Origin: Candidatus Anstonellales archaeon
GTDB lineage: Archaea; Micrarchaeota; Micrarchaeia; Anstonellales; J096
NCBI GenBank assembly: GCA_038890745.1
Contig: JAWAFD010000004.1
Span: 32,001-96,000 of the forward strand
Length of the DNA stretch: 64,000 nucleotides
Reading direction: 5' to 3'
The translations under genes were made by a program, and so were the position numbers. Positions 39,348 through 49,985 of the stretch are shown piece after piece (the first letter of the stretch is position 1; each line of letters starts with the position of its first letter). The notes below the pieces were generated by a model. That model was given only the letters and a program-made list of their open reading frames with translations, did not search any database and was not told the origin of the DNA.

Positions 39348-41423
39348 ATGATGGATTTTATACCTATTCTGGTTGCCGTTTTTGCGGTGCTTGTGGCGGT
39401 TGGGCTGTACATACAGATAGCAAAGCTTCCTGCTGGAAATAAAAGGATGCAGGAGATAGCGGGCGGAATAAGGGAGGGTGCGATGGCTTATCTGGGAAGG
39501 CAGAATAAAACAGTAGCATTGTTTTCATTCGTAATTTTCCTCATTTTCCTTGCGATAGGGTATTTTATAAACCCTCTTTGGTATGGGATTGCTGTTGCTT
39601 TTCTTGTGGGTGCTGTGAGCTCTGCCATGGCAGGGTATATCGGAATGGGTGTAACAACCCTTGCTAATGTAAGGACAGCAGAAGCAGCGAAAAAAGGCCT
39701 AAACCCTGCTCTTACGGTTTCTTTCAGAGCAGGACTGGTTATGGGGCTTGCTGTTGTTGGGCTTGCTCTTTTTGGGATAACCTCTCTTCTCTACATATTT
39801 ACAAGTTATGTTCACTCCCTTGATGAGCTCATGCTCATGATAGCAGGGATGGGGTTTGGTGCGTCCTTGATTGCCATGTTCGCAAGGGTTGGTGGTGGGA
39901 TATACACAAAGGGAGCAGATGTTGGCGCGGATTTGGTGGGAAAGGTTGAGAAAGGAATTCCCGAGGATGACCCAAGAAATCCAGCAGTAATAGCTGATAA
40001 TGTAGGGGATAATGTTGGGGACTGCGCAGGGATGGGTGCAGACCTTTTTGAATCCTATATAGTTACAATAATAGCAACTATGATTTTGGGGACATTGATA
40101 TTCAAAAGCTGGGCAGGGGTGGTTTATCCTCTTCTTATAGCCTCTGCGGCGATAGTAGCGACCATTTTTGGTGCGATGTTTGTCAAAGTAAAGGAAAAGG
40201 AAGACCCGATGAATGGCCTTTACAAGGGGATATATGCAACAGCCATTCTATCCGCGCTCGCATTCTTTTTCATAACCCCACTGGTCCTTCCATCAGGAGT
40301 AAATTCATTCAACATTTTCCTTACTGCTTTGATTGGTTTGGTCGTTGCGATTGCGATAGTAAAAATTACTGATTATTTCACAGCATACAGGTTCCCTCCT
40401 GTTCAGTTTATAGCAAAATCCTCTGAAACAGGTGCAGGAACAACATTGATTTCTGGGCTTTCTGTCGGGATGGAAAGCGTTGCTCCATACGCAATCACGA
40501 TCGTTTTGGCCATTCTTTTAAGCTACTGGCTTGGAGGAATATATGGAGTAACCATTGCGGCGATGAGCATGCTCTCCCTAAGCGGAATAATTCTTGCTGT
40601 TGATTCATTCGGACCTGTTTCTGATAATGCTGGCGGGATTGCAGAGATGTCAAACCTGCCATCAAGCGTAAGGAAAATAACTGACAGATTGGATGCTGTT
40701 GGGAACACAACAAAGGCGACAACAAAAGGGTTTGCAATTGCTTCTGCCGGCTTGGCTGCCCTTGCCCTCATCCTTGCATTTGCGCAAGAGGTTAATGTTG
40801 CTGCGTTAAAGCTTGGGGTTGAGGGGCTCCCAACCGTTAACGGATTACCCATGATAAACATAATGCGTGCAGATGTTCTTTTGGGTGCATTCATAGGAGG
40901 GGTTCTGCCATTCCTTTTTTCTTCCTATGCAATGAGAGGGGTTGGGGTTGCTGCTGATGCGATAGTGAGAGAGGTAAGGAGGCAGTTTAAGGATAAGAGA
41001 ATAATGAAGGGAACAGTAAAGCCGGATTATGCTGCATGTGTTGACATCTCAACGAAAGCAGCCATAAGCCAGCTTTATAAATTGGGTGCGCTTGCGGTCA
41101 TAACCCCATTGCTCGTTGGGTTTGTCCTTGGTCCGGCTGCTGTTGGTGGCTTCCTCGTTGGCTCGCTTATTGTTGGTCAGTTCTTGGCTGTTTTCATGTG
41201 CACAGGAGGGGCTGCTTGGGATAATGCAAAGAAATACATAGAAACAGGAAAGTTTGGAGGGAAGGGAAGCGATGCGCACAAGGCAGCTGTTGTTGGGGAC
41301 ACTGTTGGAGACCCGTTCAAAGATACAGCAGGTCCTTCGCTCAACCCGCTCATAAAAATACTGAATACAATAAGCATACTTTTCGTTTCTCTGTTTGTGA
41401 TGTATGCGCTTTATTTAATATAA
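39348..41423 (+). CDS. hppA: Membrane-integral pyrophosphatase, K+-independent H+-pump type
   Basis: GGGIYTKGADVGADLVGK, EDDPRN, DNVGDNVGD, GNTTKA. Confidence 0.95.
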   Translation: MMDFIPILVAVFAVLVAVGLYIQIAKLPAGNKRMQEIAGGIREGAMAYLGRQNKTVALFSFVIFLIFLAIGYFINPLWYGIAVAFLVGAVSSAMAGYIGMGVTTLANVRTAEAAKKGLNPALTVSFRAGLVMGLAVVGLALFGITSLLYIFTSYVHSLDELMLMIAGMGFGASLIAMFARVGGGIYTKGADVGADLVGKVEKGIPEDDPRNPAVIADNVGDNVGDCAGMGADLFESYIVTIIATMILGTLIFKSWAGVVYPLLIASAAIVATIFGAMFVKVKEKEDPMNGLYKGIYATAILSALAFFFITPLVLPSGVNSFNIFLTALIGLVVAIAIVKITDYFTAYRFPPVQFIAKSSETGAGTTLISGLSVGMESVAPYAITIVLAILLSYWLGGIYGVTIAAMSMLSLSGIILAVDSFGPVSDNAGGIAEMSNLPSSVRKITDRLDAVGNTTKATTKGFAIASAGLAALALILAFAQEVNVAALKLGVEGLPTVNGLPMINIMRADVLLGAFIGGVLPFLFSSYAMRGVGVAADAIVREVRRQFKDKRIMKGTVKPDYAACVDISTKAAISQLYKLGALAVITPLLVGFVLGPAAVGGFLVGSLIVGQFLAVFMCTGGAAWDNAKKYIETGKFGGKGSDAHKAAVVGDTVGDPFKDTAGPSLNPLIKILNTISILFVSLFVMYALYLI

Positions 41424-41432
41424 CTTAATTTT

Positions 41433-42449
41433 TTATTTTGCGATTAATTCATTCAATCTTCTCATTGCATTTAGTTTTTCCCTTTCCCCAAGCTCAGCTT
41501 TCTCAACAGCTTCCTTCAAAAACTCTATACTCTCATCATAGTTTGGCTTATCAACTGGGTATGGGATTCCATCCTTTCCCCCATGCGCGAAAGAGTATTT
41601 TATAGGGTCTTTCCAGTCCAATTCAACACCATATATCAGGTTTGATAGCAGAGCAAGTGCCCTTATCTTCTTCTCTCCCATCCCTTTGAAAAGCAAAAGC
41701 TCTTCATAATTTTTTGGGTCAAATTCCCTCACCTTATTAAAAAATTCAATCTCTTTTTTGCTTAGATCCTCTCTTAAAATCTCATGCCTCATCGGCAGCC
41801 TCAAATACTCGCCCTCCTTAAGCGCATCCAAGCTTGCCTTTCTTGCTTCCCTTGCCTCTTTTCCAGTCATGTTCAACACATTTTTTTCATAAAAACCTAT
41901 GATGCTTTCATTCCCTTCTAAAAAGTTATCGCTTGTATCCCAGTGATACCTCCTTGCCCATTCCCCTTTCATCCCCTGCTGGATAACAGCAAAATTCCCC
42001 TTTTCATCAAAAAAGAATGCATGATGGTAGATGGCATAGCCATCCTGAATGCAGGAAGAATCAACCTTTGCGGTTAGCCTGCTTGCCCTTATCAATTCCG
42101 TGGATCTTGCATAACTCAACCCCATCCTTTCGCTTTTTTCTTCTATCTCTTGCGGAGTTTTCAGTCCTGTTTTTCCCTTTCCACCAGCGCCGGCAATCCC
42201 ATCAAAATCCCTTAAGGCTATTTTTAGCGCAGCGGTTGTTGTGGTCGTGGTTCCGCTTGAGTGCCAATCAAAACCCAGAACACAAGAAAGGGATTGAAAC
42301 CATAATGGCATGGAAAGTCTCCGTATCATCTCAGCTGTTCCATACTCTAAAACAATTACCTTACTTATCTCTCTTGCGAGCCCAACCATTCTTTCGAACA
42401 GCCATCTTGGGCATTGGCCAGGATGAAGCGGTAGGTCCATTGTTTTCAT
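41433..42449 (-). CDS. DUF763 family protein
   Basis: LPLHPG..PRWLF.RM, GFDWHSSG.TT, QDGY.IYHH, FAHGGKDGIPYPV. Confidence 0.9.
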   Translation of the reverse strand: MKTMDLPLHPGQCPRWLFERMVGLAREISKVIVLEYGTAEMIRRLSMPLWFQSLSCVLGFDWHSSGTTTTTTAALKIALRDFDGIAGAGGKGKTGLKTPQEIEEKSERMGLSYARSTELIRASRLTAKVDSSCIQDGYAIYHHAFFFDEKGNFAVIQQGMKGEWARRYHWDTSDNFLEGNESIIGFYEKNVLNMTGKEAREARKASLDALKEGEYLRLPMRHEILREDLSKKEIEFFNKVREFDPKNYEELLLFKGMGEKKIRALALLSNLIYGVELDWKDPIKYSFAHGGKDGIPYPVDKPNYDESIEFLKEAVEKAELGEREKLNAMRRLNELIAK

Positions 42450-42500
42450 AACTTTGTTTCTGTTTTTTAGCTTAAAAATTTACCTATACCTTCCTTCCAG

Positions 42501-42830
42501 CTATTTGCATGGAATTGGGAACCCTAGTTCTTGCATTACCCAAGGGCCGATCAAAGCAACCAGAATAGCGATAAGAGCACCGATAAGCATAGCCGTAGCC
42601 CACACATTCGCCCTGCTTCTTGTTTCTGCTCCAAGCACCTGCCCTGCTGCAAATATAACCGCTGCGAATATTATGAGGATTATTATGATTACGGGTAAGA
42701 GGCTCTCAAGATATATATAGAATCCGCAAAGTGCATTCATTATCTTCTGTGGAGCCTCGTTGGGTTCAGGTGGAGGCTTTGCTCCGAAAACGAGAAGAAG
42801 AAATAAAAAAAGAGAGAGGAGTTTTTTCAT
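42501..42830 (-). CDS. VirB2/TrbC-like pilin, paralogue 1
   Basis: Signal peptide plus two hydrophobic helices joined by GQVLGAETRSRANVWA. Confidence 0.65.
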   Translation of the reverse strand: MKKLLSLFLFLLLVFGAKPPPEPNEAPQKIMNALCGFYIYLESLLPVIIIILIIFAAVIFAAGQVLGAETRSRANVWATAMLIGALIAILVALIGPWVMQELGFPIPCK

Positions 42831-42847
42831 ACTATCAGCTTAAATGA

Positions 42848-43180
42848 TCATACTCCGCATGCATTTGAAATTTTGCCAGTTCCCCATATTACATCTAGAA
42901 ACCAAGGCACGAGTATTGCAACCGCAAGTCCGATCAAAGCACCCGTTAGCATTGCAGTAGCCCACACATTCGCCCTAGCCCTTGTCTCTGCACCCATTAC
43001 CTGTCCAGCCGCGAATATTACTGCCGCAAATATGATCAATACTGCTGCAAAGATTGGTAGAGTATCTCTCAGAAACTTATACAAATCACACAGTGCAGTT
43101 AGTATTGCTGCGGTCCCTTCTTGCTGCGCCATTACTAAATTAACTGCCAAAAGCAGCAAAAGCAAAGCAATTTTTTTCAT
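42848..43180 (-). CDS. VirB2/TrbC-like pilin, paralogue 2
   Basis: Signal peptide plus two hydrophobic helices joined by GQVMGAETRARANVWA; near-identical core to neighbour. Confidence 0.65.
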   Translation of the reverse strand: MKKIALLLLLLAVNLVMAQQEGTAAILTALCDLYKFLRDTLPIFAAVLIIFAAVIFAAGQVMGAETRARANVWATAMLTGALIGLAVAILVPWFLDVIWGTGKISNACGV

Positions 43181-43253
43181 TCTTTTCTACCTCCTTTTTT
43201 GCTTATTCTTATTCACGGAAACATTTTTAAATAATGCTACTTCATGCTTTTTT

Positions 43254-44732
43254 ATGGATTTTGACGATATCTCTGAGAAAATGCTATATTCAGTGGTTGC
43301 TCTGTATTTTCTCTTTGTTTTCTTTTATTTTGCCGCGTACACTCCTCAGAAAATTTTTGAATCATTCGTCGACCTGCCAGACACCGCCGCTTCAATCAAG
43401 GTATTCTCGGAATATGGGTTTTTTGGAAAGGTTCCATATTTTCTTGATGGTGAGTATTATCTTTTTGGCTCCATCCCTCCTTTTACTGCTGTTCTTGGTT
43501 CAATAGTAAATGTTATTGTAAATGATTACATACTCTCAGCAGCATTACTTTCTCTTACTGCCAACGTGGCGCTTTTTTATATTCTTAATTTCGTAATACT
43601 CAAAAATCAACCGACGTTTTACAAGGTTGCATTATCAATTTTTCTCCTTGCCGACTATGTTCTTGGTACTCTTTTTCCATTTGGTTGGAGGATAAGACAA
43701 ACTTGGGCGATTGTTTTCGCACTCTTAGCGTATATCAAAAGCGATAGCAAGCCCTTACTTTTTATTTTTTCATTCCTTTCTTTTATCTCCCAAACTCTTG
43801 TTGGCTCTATCTTTTTTTTCCTCCTCTCTTTTAAATTCTTACTTGAAAGAGATGACATCAAAAAGATTCTAACCCTCCTTCTTTCTCTTATGCTCTCTTT
43901 ATTATTCGTTTGGAAGTTAATAACTCTGTCCCCATTGCCACCGAAGTATATTGGTTGTTCTAATGATTCCACCGCATTTATATTTTATTATTTTATTTTT
44001 TTCCTACTTTTTTTACCGTTCTACATAATTATTAAAAAAGCGAATCTATATGAAAAATTAGGGATGTTGCTTTTTTCATTTCCTGCTCTCTCATGGTTTT
44101 TATATAACTATTCATCAGATCTTTGGTATACATTCTTTTCAGCAATTCCTTTTTCTTTTGACCTCATCTGTGCCATATTCTCTCCTTCGCTATTTTTCTT
44201 TGTTGTTTCATTCTTCAGCAGAGAAATTCTTCCAGATCCATACAAAAAAATTTTTGCATTCTCCGCATATCTCGTTCTTATGACCTCTCTTTCACAATAC
44301 AATGTTGAAGGCTATGGAGCACCAGTTTTCTTTGAAGGAAAACATGCGGCAACATACGCAGTTGCAATAACTGGCGAACCTTCGCTTATATTTGATGTCG
44401 AACCTCTTATGAAATACTCTTCTCTATCATTCTTGAGAAATGAAGATATGTATTTTGCTGAATCTCCTATATCTACTCAGCTTAGTAAAGGAGAATACTT
44501 TTTTAATTTATCCAAATTTACCAAATGCTTATGGGTGGGGGATGAGCCTTGCATTCCACCCGGCGACCAAGATTTGTATATTTTGTACTACTATAACACA
44601 GTAAAAGGGCGTACAGCGCGATCAAATTTAAGCGATGCGTATATCATTGACAGAGTGCTGAACAACGCAGCCAAGAACAACTTAACCGCTTACAACATTT
44701 CAAAACTAATCATTATTCAGAGAAATCCCTAA
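43254..44732 (+). CDS. Polytopic membrane protein, possible GT-C-like glycosyltransferase
   Basis: Many TM helices, acidic first loop (VDLPD), soluble C-terminal domain; start at ATG 43254 (longer ORF overlaps the pilin antisense). Confidence 0.6.
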   Translation: MDFDDISEKMLYSVVALYFLFVFFYFAAYTPQKIFESFVDLPDTAASIKVFSEYGFFGKVPYFLDGEYYLFGSIPPFTAVLGSIVNVIVNDYILSAALLSLTANVALFYILNFVILKNQPTFYKVALSIFLLADYVLGTLFPFGWRIRQTWAIVFALLAYIKSDSKPLLFIFSFLSFISQTLVGSIFFFLLSFKFLLERDDIKKILTLLLSLMLSLLFVWKLITLSPLPPKYIGCSNDSTAFIFYYFIFFLLFLPFYIIIKKANLYEKLGMLLFSFPALSWFLYNYSSDLWYTFFSAIPFSFDLICAIFSPSLFFFVVSFFSREILPDPYKKIFAFSAYLVLMTSLSQYNVEGYGAPVFFEGKHAATYAVAITGEPSLIFDVEPLMKYSSLSFLRNEDMYFAESPISTQLSKGEYFFNLSKFTKCLWVGDEPCIPPGDQDLYILYYYNTVKGRTARSNLSDAYIIDRVLNNAAKNNLTAYNISKLIIIQRNP

Positions 44733-45925
44733 ACAACCTCCCCCCAGCCGGCAAGCCTCCATCTCTGCCCAATCCTTCTGCTCAGCGCTGCCTTATTTCC
44801 TTTCTCAAAAACCATGGGTCTTTTCAGTTTTATCGTTGCTATTCCTTTTCCCAATTTTGCTATCACACCCACATCGGTTGCGGTATAGACATTCACAACA
44901 ATCGGCTCACCTTCTTTAAGAGGAGGATTTTCAATATCCTTTCTATCTAGTAAATTATACCTTATCTCTATTACATTTCTTGGAGCAGGGGTTTTTCCAG
45001 GAAGGGAGAGTATGCTTCCAGCGAGCTGGTCTGATTTTGTGAGAGAAGGATCCAGGTCTGTTCCTATCGCTACAAGACCACCAGGCCGTGCCTCGTTTAT
45101 TTCCTTATTCTCTACCATCAATTTCTCAACCCTGAATCTGATTTGTTTTTGCGTTCCGTTTCTTTCTATCCCCGGAGAGATTTCTAACTCATCCCCAATT
45201 TTTATTTTTCCGCGCACGAGCGAGCCACCTAAAACCCCACCCTTTAGCTCAGGTATGGGTGTTCCGGGTTTGTTGACATCAAAAGAGCGGGAAACGAGCA
45301 TGAGCGGGGGTGCGTTCTCCTCCCTTTTCGGCGTCGGAATATATTTCTCTATCGCCTCAAGAACCTTTTCAACATTAACTCCTGAAATTGCAGCAACGGG
45401 TATGATGGGCGCATTTTCAGCCACAGAACCTTTTAGAAAATTCTTTATCTCCTTGTAATGCTCAATCGCCCGCTCCTTGCTCACAAGGTCTATCTTTGTC
45501 TGCACTACGATTATGTTTCTTATGCCGAGAATATTTAGGATCATGAGATGCTCTTCGGTCTGTGGCTGAGGGCATGGCTCGTTTGCTGCGATTAGAAGAA
45601 GGGCCCCATCTATTATGCTTGAAGCCGCGATCGCAGTTGTCATAAGCGATTCATGACCAGGAGAGTCTACAAAGGAAACCCATCTTTTTAATTCTGTTTT
45701 TCCACCACATTTTAAGCATTTTTCTTTTGTTCCATAAAGTTTGCATTTTGAGCAAAAATATATCTTTGCGTCAGCGTACCCCAATCTTATGCTTATTCCC
45801 CTTTTTATTTCCTCGCTATGAGTGTCTGTCCATTTTCCGGTTATCGCTTTTGTGAGCGTTGTTTTACCATGATCAACATGCCCAAGCAATCCGATGTTTA
45901 CTACCGGCTGGCTAAATTCAATCAT
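44729..45925 (-). CDS. eif2g: Translation initiation factor 2 gamma subunit
   Basis: GHVDHGKT, RGISIRLGY, zinc knuckle, DSPGH, CPQPQT, RSFDVNKPG. Confidence 0.97.
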   Translation of the reverse strand: MIEFSQPVVNIGLLGHVDHGKTTLTKAITGKWTDTHSEEIKRGISIRLGYADAKIYFCSKCKLYGTKEKCLKCGGKTELKRWVSFVDSPGHESLMTTAIAASSIIDGALLLIAANEPCPQPQTEEHLMILNILGIRNIIVVQTKIDLVSKERAIEHYKEIKNFLKGSVAENAPIIPVAAISGVNVEKVLEAIEKYIPTPKREENAPPLMLVSRSFDVNKPGTPIPELKGGVLGGSLVRGKIKIGDELEISPGIERNGTQKQIRFRVEKLMVENKEINEARPGGLVAIGTDLDPSLTKSDQLAGSILSLPGKTPAPRNVIEIRYNLLDRKDIENPPLKEGEPIVVNVYTATDVGVIAKLGKGIATIKLKRPMVFEKGNKAALSRRIGQRWRLAGWGEVV

Positions 45926-46314
45926 TTTTCACCTTCCTTTTTTTCTTTTTTGCCAAGAATTTCTTCTAGCGGTATGCTTCCCTGTTCAACAACCTGCGCA
46001 TTTACCTGAACAGTTTCTGTAGAAAACACGGCCCCTCGTACTGTTTTTCTTCTTCTTTCACCCTTTCTCTTTGGCCTTAAGCCAGGCCTATCAGCAATAA
46101 AGACCTTGGTCTTTCTCTGCCCGCTCACATCCCCCCTCATGGGTATTCCTGATGAATCGCTGCCTCCACTCAGTTTAAGCTTGTATCCAGGTAGTCCAAA
46201 GTCATTTCCGTCCACTACCTCGCCAATTCTTTTTCCAACTATCAGCATCTCCTTTTCTTTCGGTATTTCCAAAGTGTATGTTTTGCCCTCCTTTGTGCCT
46301 ATGTTCATTTTCAT
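45922..46314 (-). CDS. rps6e: 30S ribosomal protein eS6
   Basis: GYKLKLSGGSDSSGIPMR, GERRRKTVRG. Confidence 0.95.
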   Translation of the reverse strand: MKMNIGTKEGKTYTLEIPKEKEMLIVGKRIGEVVDGNDFGLPGYKLKLSGGSDSSGIPMRGDVSGQRKTKVFIADRPGLRPKRKGERRRKTVRGAVFSTETVQVNAQVVEQGSIPLEEILGKKEKKEGEK

Positions 46315-46372
46315 ATGCTCACCGGAGCTACCCTTAGAGAGAATGTTTTTTTAAACATTCCCTTCCATAACC

Positions 46373-46807
46373 ATGCGTGATAGCATGGGGATATTAGAAA
46401 ATGTTAAACATGTTTTTGGGAAGAAGGAAAAAAAAGAAGAGCAGGGTGCTGTGAGGATGAGGGCTAAGTTTGTTCCTTTGCATGCTTTCAAGCACAGGGA
46501 TGAGAAGATTAGTTTGATAGTAAGCGTTAGCAATGAAACACCATCTGAAAAGCTTGTTTCACTCGAGGTTTTCATAGACCCAAAGGCGTTTTTAGGATTT
46601 AACTCAATATGCACTCATAAAAATGCTGAAAAAAAGCTTGGTATGCTTAAGCCAGGAGAAACGAGAGAGGAGCATTTTACAATATACAGCACAAGCCAGA
46701 CACCAGCAGGGGAGTATGATGTACGCGTTAATGCAAACATCCATTATCTTGACTATGACAAAATAGAGAGCCAGATAAAAAAATCACTCAAACTTAAGGT
46801 TGTTTAG
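46373..46807 (+). CDS. Hypothetical beta-rich (Ig-like) protein
   Basis: 144-aa ORF with LKPGET and TPAGEY turn motifs. Confidence 0.6.
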   Translation: MRDSMGILENVKHVFGKKEKKEEQGAVRMRAKFVPLHAFKHRDEKISLIVSVSNETPSEKLVSLEVFIDPKAFLGFNSICTHKNAEKKLGMLKPGETREEHFTIYSTSQTPAGEYDVRVNANIHYLDYDKIESQIKKSLKLKVV

Positions 46808-47102
46808 GCGGGGCGGGAGGAGATACCTGCTTCTCTTTCTTTATTATTTCATCTATTAGCTTTACAACCTCCATTCCTGTTTCTGTAAGCTTTGCGATTC
46901 TTTTCTTTCCTTTTGATTCTATCTTAACAAGCCCTTTGCTCTCGAGCAGATGCACAAGACCAGTTACATAAACATAGGTCGTACCCGTTTGTTTTGCTAT
47001 CTGGGAGAGATAGAGCTCGCTGTCCTTCATTGCAAGGAGTACCCTTGAAGGTTTGTCCTTTATAAATAACATTTTTCCACCTTTTTTATCTTCGGGAACC
47101 AT
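46794..47102 (-). CDS. Winged-helix DNA-binding protein
   Basis: YLSQIAKQTGTTY.YV..LV..LESKGLV...KGKKR. Confidence 0.8.
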   Translation of the reverse strand: MVPEDKKGGKMLFIKDKPSRVLLAMKDSELYLSQIAKQTGTTYVYVTGLVHLLESKGLVKIESKGKKRIAKLTETGMEVVKLIDEIIKKEKQVSPPAPPKQP

Positions 47103-48529
47103 CTTTCGAGCAGGAGAAGAATTATGATTCTTTTGTTTTTTTTCGCATTCTTCTTTCCATCTTTACTTTTTTTTCCTAAAACTCCGGTTAAGCTTCCAAC
47201 CATTTTTACTAGATTTGCCTTTATCTGCTCGGTATGTTTCTTCACTCTAATTACGAATTGAAAATAAATCTTTGTTTTTGTTTCCCTAACCCTATCCTTA
47301 ATAATTTTAATTTTATTATCTATATTGGCGATCATACTTCTTATTCTTATCATTTTTATTTTTTCTTTAAGCGCCTCGGCTTTCATCCCAATCTTATTTT
47401 TAATTTTCCCTATCCTTTCAATCAAATTCTGAAAAGAAATTTTTATTTTTTTTGTTAGGTATTCGGGTGGTTGTTTTTTTAGGATATCTCTCTGGGCGGG
47501 TACTATCCTACATTCATAGTTTTCCTGAATTTTTTGTTTATTCTCTTTTTCCAGGATTCGTTTGGTAGTGGTTTCTTTTTTTTCTTCTTTCTTTATGTTT
47601 TCTATATCTTTTGATTTTGTATAATCAAACAAAACATATCTACTCAATTCTTGAGTAGGCGGGTAGATTAAAACTTTTGGCTTGATGAAAGTTGGATTTT
47701 TTTGGTTTGGTTCTGGGTTCTCTAATTTTATGTTCTCTGGGGGAGTCATGAATTCAGCGGGTTTTGGTAAGTTCTGTTCTTTGTTTTCTAACTGGGTTCC
47801 GCATCCTTGCCAAGGAGTATGTTTGTAATATTTTGTACTCTCCAACTTTGGAGTAATTCTGCGCATTTCTTCTTTCATCAAAGCAGTATAAAAGAAAGAA
47901 TGAGAGGGGGGATTTAAAATGTAACTATAGTTACAATGGACCTGCCCCCCATCCATCCCAGTTATTAATTTTTCCCATCCCAAAACAGTTTTTCTTTTTG
48001 TTGTTTCCTGATAAAATCTTACCCCAGAATCGTTGAATACTAAAAATCTGTCAAATACCATCTCGCTGATTTCAAAAGAAACCGGAGCATTTGGGCAGGA
48101 ATAGCTTACATTCTTTATCATCTGGATATCATACTGAGAAAAATCCTGTTTATACTTATCAACCTTTTCTTCATCCTTAAAAGTTATCTCGCTTATGCTC
48201 GCTGCTCTTATGTTGTCTATACTTAAAAAAACAGGTTCGTTGTTAACTACTACGCAAGGCAACCCATCCCCTATGTAAAACTGAATCCACTGCTCTCCCT
48301 CTCCATTCCTTTCCCCGTAAGCTATCCTCTCAACTATCACATCCTTGTTTTTTGTTATTTCTCTTATATCTATGCTTTTTACGTATCTTCCGATGTTTGT
48401 TTCCACAACATTGAACCCGCTGATCCGTTTTACAAGCTCCCCTAATGTTTCGTTCTCATTTGCCCTTACCTTAATCGTTGCTTTTGACCCATCGCATATC
48501 TGAACATTTAGCTTTATCCATTTAGGCAT
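47060..48529 (-). CDS. Hypothetical protein; N-terminal beta-grasp (DUF4430-like) region and Lys-rich C-terminus
   Basis: G.YVKSID...WIQFYI pattern; start moved to ATG 48529 because the longer ORF overlaps tRNA-Lys. Confidence 0.55.
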   Translation of the reverse strand: MPKWIKLNVQICDGSKATIKVRANENETLGELVKRISGFNVVETNIGRYVKSIDIREITKNKDVIVERIAYGERNGEGEQWIQFYIGDGLPCVVVNNEPVFLSIDNIRAASISEITFKDEEKVDKYKQDFSQYDIQMIKNVSYSCPNAPVSFEISEMVFDRFLVFNDSGVRFYQETTKRKTVLGWEKLITGMDGGQVHCNYSYILNPPSHSFFYTALMKEEMRRITPKLESTKYYKHTPWQGCGTQLENKEQNLPKPAEFMTPPENIKLENPEPNQKNPTFIKPKVLIYPPTQELSRYVLFDYTKSKDIENIKKEEKKETTTKRILEKENKQKIQENYECRIVPAQRDILKKQPPEYLTKKIKISFQNLIERIGKIKNKIGMKAEALKEKIKMIRIRSMIANIDNKIKIIKDRVRETKTKIYFQFVIRVKKHTEQIKANLVKMVGSLTGVLGKKSKDGKKNAKKNKRIIILLLLERWFPKIKKVEKCYL

Positions 48530-48560
48530 GCTACCAACCGCATCAAGTCCTTTGGAGTAT

Positions 48561-48656
48561 CGGGCCTGGCGAGATTTGAACTCGCGACCTATGGATCTCC
48601 TTGCTTTTAAGGAGGCGTAAAAGTCCACCGCTCTGGCCAGGCTGAGCTACAGGCCC
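48561..48656 (-). tRNA. tRNA-Lys(TTT) with 21-nt canonical intron (37/38; 48597-48617)
   Basis: GGGCCTG/CAGGCCC; GTGGA-CTTTTA^A-TCCAT; GCGAG-TTCAAAT-CTCGC. Confidence 0.93.
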
Positions 48657-48708
48657 TGCAGTTTTTTTTCTTGGTAATGTTTTTTAAACATAACCAGAGA
48701 TTAGGCAT

Positions 48709-49977
48709 GTGATGGATGTAAAAAGTTTTAAGAACGAGGTTGTCGGCGCCTTTACAACCTTTCTCGCCATTTCCTATGTTATCATAGTTGTTCCAAGGAT
48801 ACTCTCTGATGCAGGCATTCCTTTTTCTGATGCGCTCGCTGCAACAGCGATAGCAAGTGGTGTTGCGACAATAATAATGGGGATGATTGCAAACAGGCCG
48901 TTTGCGGTTGCTCCGAGCATAGCCCTCGCCGGCTTTTTCACCTATACTGTTGTAATTGGGCTTGGGGTTTCTTGGCAGATTGCGCTCGCTGCAGTTTTTT
49001 TTGAGGGTATTCTTTTCTTTGGCCTTTCTATTTCAAGGATAAGGAGCTGGTTCGGAGTCGGAATTCCATACAATCTAAAATACTCTATGATAGCCGGAGT
49101 AGGCCTTTTCCTCGCATTTCTTGGTATGAGAGAAGGTGGGATAGTAGTTCCTGATGAGAACATGTTTGTAAGAATGGGGAGTTTGTTTGCCCCTGCCCCG
49201 GTGATTACAATAATGGGATTTTTCATAATGGCAATCCTTCTTCTGAAAAAGGTCCGGGGGTCTCTTCTTTTTGGGATAGTTTTTACAACTATAATAGCAG
49301 TTTCCGCAGGTCTTTCCTCCCTCCCAACAGAAATATTCTCTGTCCCCTCACAGCCCTCAACTTTTTTTGCGCTTGATATCCATGGGTTGATGAATGCCTC
49401 CATCCTCTCCATAGTTCTTGCATTCTTTATGGTTGATTTTTTCGATACGCTTGGCGCTTCAACCGCCCTCCTTGTAAAGATTGGAGATGTAAACGAAAAA
49501 GGGCATATAAAAGGGCTTGACAAGGTGATGATAGCGGATTCTATCGGGACGACACTGGGAAGCGTGATAGGGGTTCCTGCCCAGATTGTTTATCTGGAAA
49601 GCGCAGCAGGAGTACATGAAGGGGCGAAAACAGGGGTTGCGGCATTCATAATAGGCATTCTTCTCATCCTCTGTATGTTCTTCTATCCGCTCATAGAAAA
49701 AATACCCATGGCTGCAATAGCACCCGCTCTAATAATTGTTGGGCTTTTGCTCGCTACAAACATAAGGCATGTTGATTTCAGCGAATTTACAGAGGCCCTT
49801 CCATCCCTTCTCATGCTTTCAGCAATTCCCCTTACATTCTCCATAAGCCATGGGATTGGTATTGCGTCCATTGTTTATGTTGTTGTGAAGCTCTGCGCAG
49901 GCAAGTACAAGGATGTCCATCCTGCCATGTATGCAATAGCCACCCTTTTTTTCCTTGACTATCTCCAAGTATTTTAG
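48709..49977 (+). CDS. NCS2/AzgA-family purine permease
   Basis: TTFLAISY, ANRPFAVAP, DFFDTLG, YLESAAGV.EG.KTG. Confidence 0.92.
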   Translation: MMDVKSFKNEVVGAFTTFLAISYVIIVVPRILSDAGIPFSDALAATAIASGVATIIMGMIANRPFAVAPSIALAGFFTYTVVIGLGVSWQIALAAVFFEGILFFGLSISRIRSWFGVGIPYNLKYSMIAGVGLFLAFLGMREGGIVVPDENMFVRMGSLFAPAPVITIMGFFIMAILLLKKVRGSLLFGIVFTTIIAVSAGLSSLPTEIFSVPSQPSTFFALDIHGLMNASILSIVLAFFMVDFFDTLGASTALLVKIGDVNEKGHIKGLDKVMIADSIGTTLGSVIGVPAQIVYLESAAGVHEGAKTGVAAFIIGILLILCMFFYPLIEKIPMAAIAPALIIVGLLLATNIRHVDFSEFTEALPSLLMLSAIPLTFSISHGIGIASIVYVVVKLCAGKYKDVHPAMYAIATLFFLDYLQVF

Positions 49978-49985
49978 GTGATGGC

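Noticed and set aside
42873..43253. N-terminal 127 aa of the 619-aa ORF
   Set aside because: Antisense shadow of the pilin gene; the likely start is ATG 43254
48530..48628. N-terminal extensions of ORFs 47060-48628, 60315-60980, 25299-26186 and 26665-26994
   Set aside because: They overlap tRNA genes; downstream ATG starts give sensible proteins
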